IMG/VR virus record: IMGVR_UViG_3300042888_002665
DNA length: 64,000 nt
From: a virus
Strand: one strand, 5' to 3'
Positions within the stretch are counted from its first letter, which is position 1, and each line of letters opens with the position of its first letter. A program made the translations under genes and the position numbers. The notes beneath the pieces were generated by a model. That model did no database searches. It was not told the DNA's origin and saw nothing but the letters and a program-made list of their open reading frames with translations. Shown one piece after another: positions 44,872-55,587 of the stretch.

Positions 44872-46260
44872 TTAAGAAGGAGTCGCAAGTTCAAAAAACT
44901 TCTTTCGTAGATAATCTTTATCATCGTGGTCGAAGTCTTGTTTAGTTCTTTGTGGAGATTGTTGTGGAGAATCCGACTCTTCATCTTCGACATATTCTCC
45001 AGTAATGCGAGTTATACCTGTAGACCCTTCAAAATCACAATTAAAAGTAATACCATCTGTACCATAACGATTTTTAATAATATGCCAACGAGAAGTGTTA
45101 TCTACTTTATCTTTTCGTAAACGTGATGTAGAAATAATAATATCACCAATCATGATTTTGTCATATGATCCAGCAGCTTTATCACCCTCTACTACTTTAT
45201 CAGCAGCACCTGAACGATTTACTTGTGATGGTGATACAATCGGAATACCTAATTCCTTAGCTAATCCTTTAGCATCAGTATAGATATCATCTAAATCATC
45301 TTTACGTTCATTTCTAGCGCGTTGACGATTTTTTAATAAATCTAAATAATCAATAAAGATAACATCGGGTCTAAAATTATGTTGGTTCCATAATTGGTCC
45401 AAATGGCGCTCAATATCATCTAATGATGCACGTTTTGGTGGATATTCCTTAATAATTAATTTACCTGCTAATCCTTTAGTAGCATCTTCGATTTTAACTC
45501 GATGTAATGGTAATTGATCAACTGGAATTCCTAATAGATTAGCATCAAAACGTTGTCCGACATATCCTTCACCTAATTCTAATGTGTAATATACTACTTT
45601 ACCACCTAATTTAGCAGCTTCTAACGCCATCGAAATTGCAGCCCATGATTTACCAGAACCAGGCCCGCCAAAGAATATAATTAAATCACCTTTACCATAA
45701 CCACCTTGCGTAATTGAATTAATCTGTGGCCAAGGTGTTGGAATAACACGTCTATCGTCTGGTCTATAACGTGCTTCTACATCTAATTCATAATCGTGTC
45801 CTGTATTTTTTTCTTGTGATGTAACGATTGCTTTAGAAATTAATGAGCGAATTGATTCGTAATCACCATCATTTAATAAATCAACAGATGTCATAATTGC
45901 TTTCTTCATCTGTTGGTTTTGACAGAATTTTAGAAATTCCTGCTCGATGTATTCTTTATCGTGTGCTTGATCAGCCATTTTATAGGCTTCCTTTAATTCC
46001 TCAACAACAGCAATCTTTAATACATCATTATCTTCTTTTTTTACTTCGATCTGAAGTGCCTCCATCGTAGGAGTAGTATGGAATTCGTCGAAGTATTTAT
46101 TTAATTTAGTTACAATCCACTTTCTGGCTGTATTTTCAAAATACTCATCTGTAACTGAATCTGATACATCTACTAGAAATTTTCTATCCGTTAATAACAA
46201 ACCTAATACTTTGGTTTGAAACGAATTCCCGTACTTATCTAAACTATCTAGTGCTGTCAT
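44872..46260 (-). CDS. replicative DNA helicase (DnaB/T4 gp41-like)
   Basis: GGPGSGKS, YTLEL, IFIDYLDLL, SQVNRSG, KNRYG. Confidence 0.93.
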   Translation of the reverse strand: MTALDSLDKYGNSFQTKVLGLLLTDRKFLVDVSDSVTDEYFENTARKWIVTKLNKYFDEFHTTPTMEALQIEVKKEDNDVLKIAVVEELKEAYKMADQAHDKEYIEQEFLKFCQNQQMKKAIMTSVDLLNDGDYESIRSLISKAIVTSQEKNTGHDYELDVEARYRPDDRRVIPTPWPQINSITQGGYGKGDLIIFFGGPGSGKSWAAISMALEAAKLGGKVVYYTLELGEGYVGQRFDANLLGIPVDQLPLHRVKIEDATKGLAGKLIIKEYPPKRASLDDIERHLDQLWNQHNFRPDVIFIDYLDLLKNRQRARNERKDDLDDIYTDAKGLAKELGIPIVSPSQVNRSGAADKVVEGDKAAGSYDKIMIGDIIISTSRLRKDKVDNTSRWHIIKNRYGTDGITFNCDFEGSTGITRITGEYVEDEESDSPQQSPQRTKQDFDHDDKDYLRKKFFELATPS

Positions 46261-46282
46261 TTATAACCTTTATTTATAACTT

Positions 46283-47314
46283 TTATTGCTTCCAATCTAA
46301 TGAGGAAAAATTCTCTATCAACCATCCTTGCCAATTTACACGCTCATTTAATTGATCATCCTCCGTCATTTCAACGAAATTTCCTATGTTCAGTGATGGT
46401 GGTGCATTTTCAACTGCATCATCAACAATGCGCTTATCCTCGTCGTCTATGTTCGGATCTTTTAATGACATTAATTGATAATTAATACCTAATTGGCGCT
46501 CAAATTGAATGATTTTAGTATATAATTGATTTTTATCTTCATTTTCTTTTGCTTTATGTAACATGTATTCTAAATCAATAGGAATAGAATCCATTAATTC
46601 AGGATATAACTTAAATACTTTTTTAGGACCTAATCCCTGTATTCCAGGAACGTTATCGCCAGAATCCCCTAATAACATTTTGTAGTTGATAAAGTTATTT
46701 GGATGTACAAAATATTCTTCTAGTACATCATCAGCTCGGTATGTTTTCTTCTTAGTTGGCGAATATATTTCTGTTTTATCTGATACCAATTGTAGAAAAT
46801 CCTTATCAGCAGACATAATCGTTACTTTATCTGTTTCTGGATCTGCTTCAAATTTTTTAACTAAATATCCCATCACATCATCGGCTTCAATTTTAGGAAT
46901 ACAAATCATCGATACTGGTAATTGAGTGCAGTATTCAATTAATCGTCCCATTTGATTAGCCATTGATTCGCTTTCTTCTTTTTTATCGCCAAATACTTTC
47001 CAATTAGTTACTTTTAAATTAGTGCGATTTGCTTTATAATCAGAATATAGATATTTTTTATTAGTGGAATTGCCTTGCCCATCAAATACTAAAATAACCC
47101 TAGTCGGTTGGTATAGCTTAATAGCATAACCAACCGATTTAAGGAAGCCAACAAGACCACCTACATGGTGGCCGTTGGGGTTTAAGTGCTGAATAATAGC
47201 AAATGAGCGTAGGAATGTATTCATTGAATCTACAACAAGTACTCTAGCATTTTTTGAATTATTCTTATCTGCGCTTAATTCAGAAAATAATTTATTCAGG
47301 AATTCTTTATCCAT
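46283..47314 (-). CDS. 5'-3' exonuclease / RNase H (T4 rnh-like)
   Basis: VVDSMNTF, VFDG, YKANR, EADD, SADKDFLQL, GDSGDNVPG. Confidence 0.93.
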   Translation of the reverse strand: MDKEFLNKLFSELSADKNNSKNARVLVVDSMNTFLRSFAIIQHLNPNGHHVGGLVGFLKSVGYAIKLYQPTRVILVFDGQGNSTNKKYLYSDYKANRTNLKVTNWKVFGDKKEESESMANQMGRLIEYCTQLPVSMICIPKIEADDVMGYLVKKFEADPETDKVTIMSADKDFLQLVSDKTEIYSPTKKKTYRADDVLEEYFVHPNNFINYKMLLGDSGDNVPGIQGLGPKKVFKLYPELMDSIPIDLEYMLHKAKENEDKNQLYTKIIQFERQLGINYQLMSLKDPNIDDEDKRIVDDAVENAPPSLNIGNFVEMTEDDQLNERVNWQGWLIENFSSLDWKQ

Positions 47315-47435
47315 TGTCTTGTTGTTCTATTATTGACATAATTTCTCTAGTTAAAGAACCTGCGGTTTTAGTGCCATCAAGACTCCAACGTATAATAGCA
47401 GCTTCTATAACACTATATAATTCATCTTTATTCAT
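47307..47435 (-). CDS. small hypothetical protein (42 aa, not in ORF track)
   Basis: MNKDELYSVIEAAIIRWSLDGTKTAGSLTREIM...; overlaps both neighbours by a few nt. Confidence 0.55.
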   Translation of the reverse strand: MNKDELYSVIEAAIIRWSLDGTKTAGSLTREIMSIIEQQDNG

Positions 47436-48534
47436 TATCTAGTTCATCATCAATAGCAATTGTTGGAGCGATGTTTTTACCTTCATCCCATTCACTGCTA
47501 TCTTCAGTAATTTGTAGATCATCCACATCTGTTAGTCCGTTGAACCACTCACGTGCATGTTCTTTCTTGTATTTAGCAATCGCATTTGGTGTATCGCTAA
47601 TAAAACCATGTGGAGTAACAATAATAGTAGAAGCAGTTGCTACACCACAATCAGCGTGGATCTTATCAATCGCTATTTTAGTACGTTTAGCAAATTCTAC
47701 TGATTTACCGTCTTTAACTGCTTTGATCTTAGACGTACCTGAATTAGTTACGTTACCATAAGTAATAACAACAGCAGCATCCCAATACATTGTATCTCCA
47801 CCTTTATTAGTACGTTTAGGTTGTGCCATCGGCATCATAGCCGGCTGAACACCTGTCTTATTAATAACGAAGAATGTATTCGTGTATGGGTATTTTTCCT
47901 TACGCGATAATGGAAATTGCTGATTGATAAAGTTACCAAATTGAGTAGCCATCGCACCTGCATTCCACATTGGATTGTTCTTGCCTTGATCTACACTCAT
48001 TTGACATGGAAGTGATCCAACTGAATCCCATAGAAATAATAAATCGTATGGTAAACGTCCTTTTGCTTGCTCGTTTAAAATATCTGAAATAAATGCGGCC
48101 ACATCTTCAATACAACCGATAGAGCCTCTATCAATGTAAAGAAAAAAACCATCATAATCAATTACTTCACCTGTATCTTCATCTGGAATAGCGGTTAATT
48201 CTAATCCCATTTTTTGTGCATGAGAAAAATCCCATTTCATTTCCGAAATAATAAATACAGGCAATATGCCCATTTTCTGAGCAGTAACAGCAGTTTCAAT
48301 AAGTAAAGTTGTTTTACCTGTATCAGAACCTCCACGCGCAATCGTAATTTGTCCCATTGGCACACCAGGAATAGAAAGTGCGTCTTTTACTGCTGGAGTA
48401 AATGGGATCCATTTTTGTTCTTTAAATTTAGTAGTCTGATCTAAGTATTTAGATTTCTTAAATGCAGATAAGTTAAATTTAGACTTGTCACCCAAAATAT
48501 GGGTGACAGTCTCGGATGGTGATTTTTTAGCCAT
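47428..48534 (-). CDS. RecA/UvsX-like recombinase
   Basis: PGVPMGQIT...GGSDTGKTT, WDSVGS, VINK, GG. Confidence 0.88.
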   Translation of the reverse strand: MAKKSPSETVTHILGDKSKFNLSAFKKSKYLDQTTKFKEQKWIPFTPAVKDALSIPGVPMGQITIARGGSDTGKTTLLIETAVTAQKMGILPVFIISEMKWDFSHAQKMGLELTAIPDEDTGEVIDYDGFFLYIDRGSIGCIEDVAAFISDILNEQAKGRLPYDLLFLWDSVGSLPCQMSVDQGKNNPMWNAGAMATQFGNFINQQFPLSRKEKYPYTNTFFVINKTGVQPAMMPMAQPKRTNKGGDTMYWDAAVVITYGNVTNSGTSKIKAVKDGKSVEFAKRTKIAIDKIHADCGVATASTIIVTPHGFISDTPNAIAKYKKEHAREWFNGLTDVDDLQITEDSSEWDEGKNIAPTIAIDDELDNE

Positions 48535-49379
48535 TATTGAAATAATTCGTCGAATTTATCTGATGAGTTTGTGTTCAAAGAAAACGCTGATTTTTCTTGT
48601 TCTGTTACTTGATTATCATTAACCCAATCTGATTGTACTGAGGGTAATGGGTCTGCAGGTGTTGGAGCAGGAGCAGCAGGTGCTGCTTGTTCTTCTTCAG
48701 CTTCTGGATTTAACCATTTAGCTAATAATTCCTTAATATCATTGTATTCGCGTTTGCGATTAATAGTCATGATATCAGGTTGTTCTTCTAGCCACTTATT
48801 AATCTGATTAATATCTTCCGAAATTGGTGACGCTTTTGGACGAGGACGTAATGTACAGCTAACTACCTTACGACCAGCAACTTCTGCTGCTACTGCATCG
48901 ATTTTAAAATCAAATCCTTCTTGGATATCAGTAAAATCACCATAATCCTCATCTGCCGCAAATCCTAGCAATGATTTGTATACTTCCTTACCGAATTCCC
49001 ATAAACGAACTCCTAAATGTTCTTCGCCACGAACAACAACAGGAACAAATACACGCATTTTTGGATCTAACTTCTTAGCTAATGCCCAGTTGTCGCGATC
49101 TTTTGATTGACGTAATTTTGCTGCAAATTCCATAATTGGATCTGCTTCTCCAAAGTTGTTTAGAGCTAAAACCGGACCTTTAGCGAATCCATAATGGAAA
49201 TATACTTCCTTAAATGGGTTTTGCTTATTTGATTTTGCGGGTACGATGCGGATCGTATAATTGCCTACCTGAGGCTTCCAGAACACTTTCGTGTAGTCGA
49301 TTTTTTCGTAAGTCTTACCACCACTGTTTTTGGGTGCGTTAAGGTTACCTAATTTTTGCTTTAATAAAGCTAAATCCAT
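48534..49379 (-). CDS. single-stranded DNA-binding protein (T4 gp32-like)
   Basis: FWKPQ.G...IRIVP, LWEFGK..Y; acidic tail ending DKFDELFQ. Confidence 0.85.
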   Translation of the reverse strand: MDLALLKQKLGNLNAPKNSGGKTYEKIDYTKVFWKPQVGNYTIRIVPAKSNKQNPFKEVYFHYGFAKGPVLALNNFGEADPIMEFAAKLRQSKDRDNWALAKKLDPKMRVFVPVVVRGEEHLGVRLWEFGKEVYKSLLGFAADEDYGDFTDIQEGFDFKIDAVAAEVAGRKVVSCTLRPRPKASPISEDINQINKWLEEQPDIMTINRKREYNDIKELLAKWLNPEAEEEQAAPAAPAPTPADPLPSVQSDWVNDNQVTEQEKSAFSLNTNSSDKFDELFQ

Positions 49380-49433
49380 AATATAACTATTTAAGTTTTA
49401 AAAATTGTACTCGGTAATGGTAATTGAGAAATC

Positions 49434-49868
49434 CTACAGATTAATTATCTTGTGGATTTTTGTTTGAATGATATTTAAATCATTATTTTGAATTAACAAG
49501 ATTGAATTTTTATAATCCAACCACGTAATGCGATAATTGGTATCTAATATACCACTGTTCAAAGACTTGATTAATGCGTTTAATGCATTTATTGTATATA
49601 ACGTATTTGACTCTTTTTTACGATGTAGCAATATTGTGTTAGGTAACACTGATTGTTGCTCCATATTGAATGTATCTATATTATAAGTACAGACATATTC
49701 TTCAGTCGACAGCGATTCCAACACAAATATTTTAGAATATAAAATAGTATATTTAGTCGTTAAAGTATTTAGAGTATTATCTAATTCTTCAGGAGCCGTG
49801 AATGTGCAGAATAGCTTATTAGCCATTAAAAATGTATTGTTAAATAAATCGTAACTTAAGTCTAACAT
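49434..49868 (-). CDS. conserved hypothetical protein
   Basis: NKLFCTF, TILLHRKKESNTLYTINALN. Confidence 0.7.
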   Translation of the reverse strand: MLDLSYDLFNNTFLMANKLFCTFTAPEELDNTLNTLTTKYTILYSKIFVLESLSTEEYVCTYNIDTFNMEQQSVLPNTILLHRKKESNTLYTINALNALIKSLNSGILDTNYRITWLDYKNSILLIQNNDLNIIQTKIHKIINL

Positions 49869-49879
49869 AAATATATGAT

Positions 49880-51175
49880 TTATTCTATTTCTGCGTAGTT
49901 GTGTCCAGACTTCGTGGAGTAATTAAACTTCAGTAGCGAAGTTATGCTATCTAATAAATTTTCCGACGAATCATAATCCAATAATATAGAATCGTATGTG
50001 TATAATATAATTTTTGTTTTCTTATCTTTAAGTAAATTAACAACAGCTGAAAACTGCACTACATTAAATACGGTTTCTGTATTTTGGACAATATAATTAA
50101 GTAATTTTTGTGGTGTTGGGTTTTCAATCATTTCTTTAGTGAAACGTTTACCGAATTGTGTACCAATTCCAATCAGTTCTTCATTCCATAATTTATTTGT
50201 ATAACGATTTACATCAGAAAAGAATGGTTTATCTTGGAAGTCCTTTCTAACGCCACCATATAATTGTTGAAATACTAATTCCTTAATTGTTTCAGGTGTT
50301 GATCCGGGGAATTGAAGCGATAATTGTTCGTATATGTTTCCTGTAAATTCATATCCCGCTAATTTAGCGATAATAGTTGGGTGATATGCTTTAAAATCTA
50401 TTTCAACTAACGTATCGTTTTCTGGAATAAATGCAGCACGTTCACCATTTGTTTTATTTAATGCCGCAAAATTAACACCATTAAATGCATTTGATGGTCT
50501 TCCAGTTAATGTATATAAATTATATTGTGTGTATATTTTACCTTTAGATACTGAAAATTTAGGGTTGGGTAATGTTTTAAAATGCTCAATGAATGGTTCC
50601 TTTGATAATTTAATACCTTGCTTTTCAATATTGTAAAATAATGGAGCAATGTAGTGATTCAAGAATGCATATGGCTCTAAATCTTCACTAATTTTATTTA
50701 TTGTTTGCTCAATATGATCATATATATTTTCATATTTTTCATAATGTTTTGCTATAGGAATTAGTGTTGATGGTGCTTCAGTATAGTATTTGCGTTTGAA
50801 ATCCGTTTCAACTTTTGATTCGTATTGCTCAATATTAATTTCTTGATAGTGTTGATATGAGTTAATCAGTTGCACATCAATTAATTGAGGACTCAACGTG
50901 GGGAAATGGTGTAACACCGCTTTCTTATCTAATGTATATAGATTATTGACTTTAGATAGTTTGTCGAGTATATCGGTGATTGATAACGATAGTGATTCGG
51001 AATGGTTTACACATAAAATGTACCCTTTATGTCCTTTAATCCATCTAACATAAATTAGGCTGATGTTTTGTAAAGCAGGATGATAGTTTTCATTCGTTGC
51101 AATAATATGAATGAATGTATCTTCACCAATATGTAACTGATCTAATTGATCTTGTTTTTCAATAATATAAAACAT
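49880..51175 (-). CDS. compact family A DNA polymerase-like protein (degenerate 3'-5' exo + polymerase; no 5'-3' exo)
   Basis: TGRPS, motif A EIDFKAYHP, motif B K..VFQQLYG, motif C YTYDS. Confidence 0.75.
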   Translation of the reverse strand: MFYIIEKQDQLDQLHIGEDTFIHIIATNENYHPALQNISLIYVRWIKGHKGYILCVNHSESLSLSITDILDKLSKVNNLYTLDKKAVLHHFPTLSPQLIDVQLINSYQHYQEINIEQYESKVETDFKRKYYTEAPSTLIPIAKHYEKYENIYDHIEQTINKISEDLEPYAFLNHYIAPLFYNIEKQGIKLSKEPFIEHFKTLPNPKFSVSKGKIYTQYNLYTLTGRPSNAFNGVNFAALNKTNGERAAFIPENDTLVEIDFKAYHPTIIAKLAGYEFTGNIYEQLSLQFPGSTPETIKELVFQQLYGGVRKDFQDKPFFSDVNRYTNKLWNEELIGIGTQFGKRFTKEMIENPTPQKLLNYIVQNTETVFNVVQFSAVVNLLKDKKTKIILYTYDSILLDYDSSENLLDSITSLLKFNYSTKSGHNYAEIE

Positions 51176-51209
51176 AGCATAACCTTTTACTTAAATGTAG
51201 TTAAGAATT

Positions 51210-51716
51210 CTATATAAATTCCAAAATTCCAGGAAGTTCTCTTTCTATTCTGTTTAATTCTTCTTCTGGAGAATATGGAGGATTCCAAAATATTGAAGTA
51301 GTTAAATACAGTGGGTTTGGTTGGGCGTTTCTATATGTTGTTATATCAACCTCAATTATTGGAGCATCAATTTTATTTTTTTGTTTAATAAAATAACGTT
51401 GAGATGGTTCAGTATTTCTACTATATGCATATTTAATTCGAATAATTGGGAAATTATCTTGTTTAATTAAATTCATTATGTTTGGATTATTACGAAGATA
51501 TACTGGGTCAACGTTACTGATATCATATGCTGCTTGGTGTAAATTTGATGTATATGGGATCAAAGCTAATGCTGTGGGATTATATTTAGCTCCAATATAA
51601 TTTTTACCAGCATTTGAGTGATAATATCCAACATAGTTTTCATATGTTGCTTCTATTAAAAACTCATCACCTCTAGTATATAAATCTTCTAATAGTCTAT
51701 TTTTAGGAGGTCTCAT
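51210..51716 (-). CDS. hypothetical protein, likely virion/baseplate associated
   Basis: TAATG-coupled to the large baseplate gene; Y.GYYH motif. Confidence 0.55.
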   Translation of the reverse strand: MRPPKNRLLEDLYTRGDEFLIEATYENYVGYYHSNAGKNYIGAKYNPTALALIPYTSNLHQAAYDISNVDPVYLRNNPNIMNLIKQDNFPIIRIKYAYSRNTEPSQRYFIKQKNKIDAPIIEVDITTYRNAQPNPLYLTTSIFWNPPYSPEEELNRIERELPGILEFI

Positions 51717-54700
51717 TATTGTCCGTTAACAATTTTAGTTACTGTTGGATTTTGTGAATATGATGTTACTTTAGCATATTGTGTATCATATGGTGGTTTA
51801 TTTAGATTACGTACTATAGCACCGGCAGTAACATTAGTTACTAATATGTTAGCTTGTTCTTGAGTACAATTATTAGGATCAATTTTTAATTTTTTAGCCA
51901 TTGCAGGTATATTATTTTTTAAATACTGTGCATTAATTTTAGCAGCTACTGCTGGGTCGTTAGCTAAATCCGGATTATTAACTAAATCTACACCTATTTG
52001 TTTACCTATTTTTTCGTATGCTGCTCTTCCAGTTAATTGATTAAATCCTCTTCCTCTATATCTCCACCCATCTCCAGATTGTGTGTTTCCTAAACCTAAT
52101 TTAGCTTTTTTATCTGCTGCTGGTCCATATATTAAATCAGCAAATGCTACTGGACCTTGTGCTTTTACTGCGGATAGTTGCTCTGGAGTTAGGTGAGAAA
52201 CACGACTTGGGAAAGTTGCATAAATTTTAGCATTATCAGTAAAACACCACCCCCTTATATCTTCACTTTGAGGTGCTCCTCCTGATTCTTTCATTATAAC
52301 TGATAAAGAAGCAATTTGGACAGTTTTTGTAAATCCACCTAAGCTATCTTTAACGGATGTTAAATTAGCGGCAACTTGTTTAGAAGTTATAGGGGCTGTT
52401 TTAGCTACTCTAGTTACTGTTACTACTTGATTAGTTGTTGGATCATAAATATAAGCTGTTTCTAATGTTATATTAATACTTAAATCAGCTTTGCTTTTAT
52501 TTAAAGTATCTGCTACACTATCTGGAATCGATGGGTTACCATCAATTACTGTTTTCCATTGGTTATCTGTGCCTATAGTGTGTTTAATATTAGTAACTAT
52601 ATATTGTAAATCAATTCCACTTTCATCACCCTTATATGATGATGGGGTAAATGTTTTATCAATATTAAATATATTTCCAATAATAATTCCACCAATTCCA
52701 TCAAATGTTAATGATACTTTTGTTGGAAGGATTGATTTATATTTGTTATTTGATTTATAGTTATTAGTTAAGAAACTAATAATATCATTCAGTGAAGTTT
52801 TAAAACTATCCATTTCTTCTCCTTTTAACTTCTCATCAGTCATACCATTTATAGCCTGAAAGAAACCAACAAGTTTCCCTAAACTTTCAGCAAATCCTGC
52901 GGCTTGATTGTCTAAAGTTTGATTAGATGATATTGGAGAATCCTTTTTAGATATCATTCTATCTCTAATACCTGTATTAAAAGCAACCATTGAACTATTT
53001 TCTAATCCTAATTTACCAGCATCAGACTGAGCTGAAATAGCAATTATAGTTGATTGGTCTGAAAATATTTGGGATTCAAATTGGATATCTCTGAGAATAG
53101 ATTTTGTTCCACTTACTTCAAAGGTAAATGGTTTAGGAGGTGCACCTACATTCGTGTAATTTAAATCAACTATATAAGCGGTCTGTCCATCTATTATTAC
53201 TTCAAAATTATTAACATTGCCCGTTGAATTTTGAACAGATGATAATATATTTTTTATATATGGGATTAATGCAATTCCTTGCTTTTCTGCGGGATCTTGA
53301 GATTTTAATGTTTCGCTAGATGCTAACTCATATAGCATTCTTAAGTTAAGGTATATATTTGAATGAATACCATAACTTTTACCAAAGAGTACATTATAAA
53401 ATGGTTGACTTAAACTATTACAAAAAGCTAAATATCCAACTGATGGATTTGATGCTAATTCAATAGCTTTGTTAGCTGGTTCTATTTTTTTAGCTGCCTC
53501 TTGTGTTTTTTCTATTGCTTGTTGTTTATATGATTTTTCCTCTTTATTTACAATACTTTGTAGTTCGGATGCTTTCCCTAAATGGCTTAATGAAGTATAT
53601 ATTTCACTACCAGATAAACCATTAGTAATAAAAGCACCATCTAAAGTATCATTATCTAAAAATTTATATAAATTTGATTCTTTAGAACCATTAATAATAG
53701 CAAGGTTAATTTTTTCTAAGTCTTGTTTGTTTTGAATTTTTTTAAGTTCAGCAATAATATTTTTATCTTGGCTTCCTTTACCTGTTGTATTTTTTAAAGT
53801 AATTAATTTTTTAGCAATTTCTTCTGGAGAGGTTCCTGGAGATACTGGATTTGTTTTTTTAGGCTGGTCTTTTTCTTTCGGAGGGACTTCAACATGAACT
53901 ACCGCTTGACCATCAGCAGTATATGTGGTGGTATCTTTAAATTTAATACCTGCAATGTTAGTTGAAAATGCTGGGTTTTTAATAACGCACACTCTTGGAT
54001 CTACTGAAATTTGTAGAGGGTGAACTAAACAATTTAATGGGAATCTGCCTTTACCTAATTCTATTCTATCATTTACTGATAGTTTAATTAGAGCTTTATT
54101 ATCTCCTGATGGGTTTTCCAATAAGATAAAATTATTTAATAACCCCACCAAAGATTCTAAAGTAATATAAACATCTTTTCCCGGATCAAATAAACTACCT
54201 TTAACAGAGGTAGCATTTGGGTCTTCTGCTGAAGTAGCATCTGATGATACTTCTGTTAATGGGGGAATTTGTTCACTTGTAATAGCAACGGCAAAGTCAA
54301 TAGCTCCCTTCTTTTTACCATAATCATATATTATTTGGCTAGAACCTGATCCATTAGGGAATTTTGTAGTATCTCCAGATTGAGATTTACACAAAGCATA
54401 AGTTTCAAATAATATTCCAGTTAATACATTTTTTGAATATTCCTGAGATATATTTTGAATATCAGCATATGGAATATTAGATAATAATGTTTTAGTAGTT
54501 TGATTAGAGTTTTTTAATACTGGGCCTCCGGAAAAATTGATTTTATATGATTCTAATATTTCACCAGTAGATATAATTTCTGTAGTGCAATCGTACCCTC
54601 CATCAGCTCTATATTTCCATCCATAATTCATTACATATCCGAACATAGCATCATAATTGCCATTACTTTCTAATGAATATTTACGTAATTCACCTAAATA

Positions 54701-55285
54701 TACTTGAAGATCTATATCTTTTCTATTAAAAAATGTCGGGTCTTCTTTTTTAGCACTTATTAGTCTACCAGAATTATCAAGATATGGACTCCATCCCCAC
54801 TCAAGTAATACAGTGTATCCAGGACGCATATATAATTGCTCAAGAATATCGAGTTGTTTAATATCCCAACACTGGAATGTAACTGTTGCTTGTCTTAGTG
54901 AACCGTATGCTCCTTTATTTTGAATAGAAATATTAGTAATACCAGGCATTGGGCGGATACCTAATACATTGTTTTCGTTTTTTTTAGTTGATGCATTATA
55001 GGTTTGGTGACTATATGCTGAAGTATCATATGATCCTAATCCGGATTTTTGACCTCCAGATGAATTTAAAACACCACCGGTCAATACATTATTTTGAGCT
55101 AATCCAACTACTTTTTTAGAATTACTTCCTACTATATCCACGCTAGAACGTAATTGTACCCATGCTGTTTTTGAATTTAAATATACCAAATCAGCTGGTG
55201 ATCGATTTTCTTTACCAATAAGATTTTGGCGTGCTGTTAACTGTCCAGCAACTTCAGGAGCAAAAGGTTCTTTAAATATTGACAT
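51716..55285 (-). CDS. large baseplate hub-like protein with C-terminal GH19 lysozyme domain
   Basis: PMPGITNISI...ATVTFQCW hub-like N-terminus; KESGG and GDGWRYRGRGFNQLTGR..Y. Confidence 0.75.
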   Translation of the reverse strand: MSIFKEPFAPEVAGQLTARQNLIGKENRSPADLVYLNSKTAWVQLRSSVDIVGSNSKKVVGLAQNNVLTGGVLNSSGGQKSGLGSYDTSAYSHQTYNASTKKNENNVLGIRPMPGITNISIQNKGAYGSLRQATVTFQCWDIKQLDILEQLYMRPGYTVLLEWGWSPYLDNSGRLISAKKEDPTFFNRKDIDLQVYLGELRKYSLESNGNYDAMFGYVMNYGWKYRADGGYDCTTEIISTGEILESYKINFSGGPVLKNSNQTTKTLLSNIPYADIQNISQEYSKNVLTGILFETYALCKSQSGDTTKFPNGSGSSQIIYDYGKKKGAIDFAVAITSEQIPPLTEVSSDATSAEDPNATSVKGSLFDPGKDVYITLESLVGLLNNFILLENPSGDNKALIKLSVNDRIELGKGRFPLNCLVHPLQISVDPRVCVIKNPAFSTNIAGIKFKDTTTYTADGQAVVHVEVPPKEKDQPKKTNPVSPGTSPEEIAKKLITLKNTTGKGSQDKNIIAELKKIQNKQDLEKINLAIINGSKESNLYKFLDNDTLDGAFITNGLSGSEIYTSLSHLGKASELQSIVNKEEKSYKQQAIEKTQEAAKKIEPANKAIELASNPSVGYLAFCNSLSQPFYNVLFGKSYGIHSNIYLNLRMLYELASSETLKSQDPAEKQGIALIPYIKNILSSVQNSTGNVNNFEVIIDGQTAYIVDLNYTNVGAPPKPFTFEVSGTKSILRDIQFESQIFSDQSTIIAISAQSDAGKLGLENSSMVAFNTGIRDRMISKKDSPISSNQTLDNQAAGFAESLGKLVGFFQAINGMTDEKLKGEEMDSFKTSLNDIISFLTNNYKSNNKYKSILPTKVSLTFDGIGGIIIGNIFNIDKTFTPSSYKGDESGIDLQYIVTNIKHTIGTDNQWKTVIDGNPSIPDSVADTLNKSKADLSINITLETAYIYDPTTNQVVTVTRVAKTAPITSKQVAANLTSVKDSLGGFTKTVQIASLSVIMKESGGAPQSEDIRGWCFTDNAKIYATFPSRVSHLTPEQLSAVKAQGPVAFADLIYGPAADKKAKLGLGNTQSGDGWRYRGRGFNQLTGRAAYEKIGKQIGVDLVNNPDLANDPAVAAKINAQYLKNNIPAMAKKLKIDPNNCTQEQANILVTNVTAGAIVRNLNKPPYDTQYAKVTSYSQNPTVTKIVNGQ

Positions 55286-55290
55286 AACAA

Positions 55291-55587
55291 TTAATTATTG
55301 GTACTATTAAATAATTCTAATACACTATTTACATTTACTGGTATTCTTAGTTGAGTTCCAGGTATAGGAAACATAGAACCCTTAGTTATATTATTATTTG
55401 CTACCGATATTATCCACCATAATTCAGCATCGTTGTAGTAATCGTATGCTATTAAATCTAAACGATCCCCTATAGTAGTGATTACATAAACATCCGTTTC
55501 TAAAAATGGGACATTTGGGTATATTTTACCCTTGTAATATCGTTTTCCAGATGACGTAAGTTTTAATGTATTTTTATCGTATCTCAT
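55291..55587 (-). CDS. LysM-domain baseplate protein (gp53-like)
   Basis: GDRLDLIAYDYY..LWWII..ANN..G.QLRIP. Confidence 0.85.
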   Translation of the reverse strand: MRYDKNTLKLTSSGKRYYKGKIYPNVPFLETDVYVITTIGDRLDLIAYDYYNDAELWWIISVANNNITKGSMFPIPGTQLRIPVNVNSVLELFNSTNN

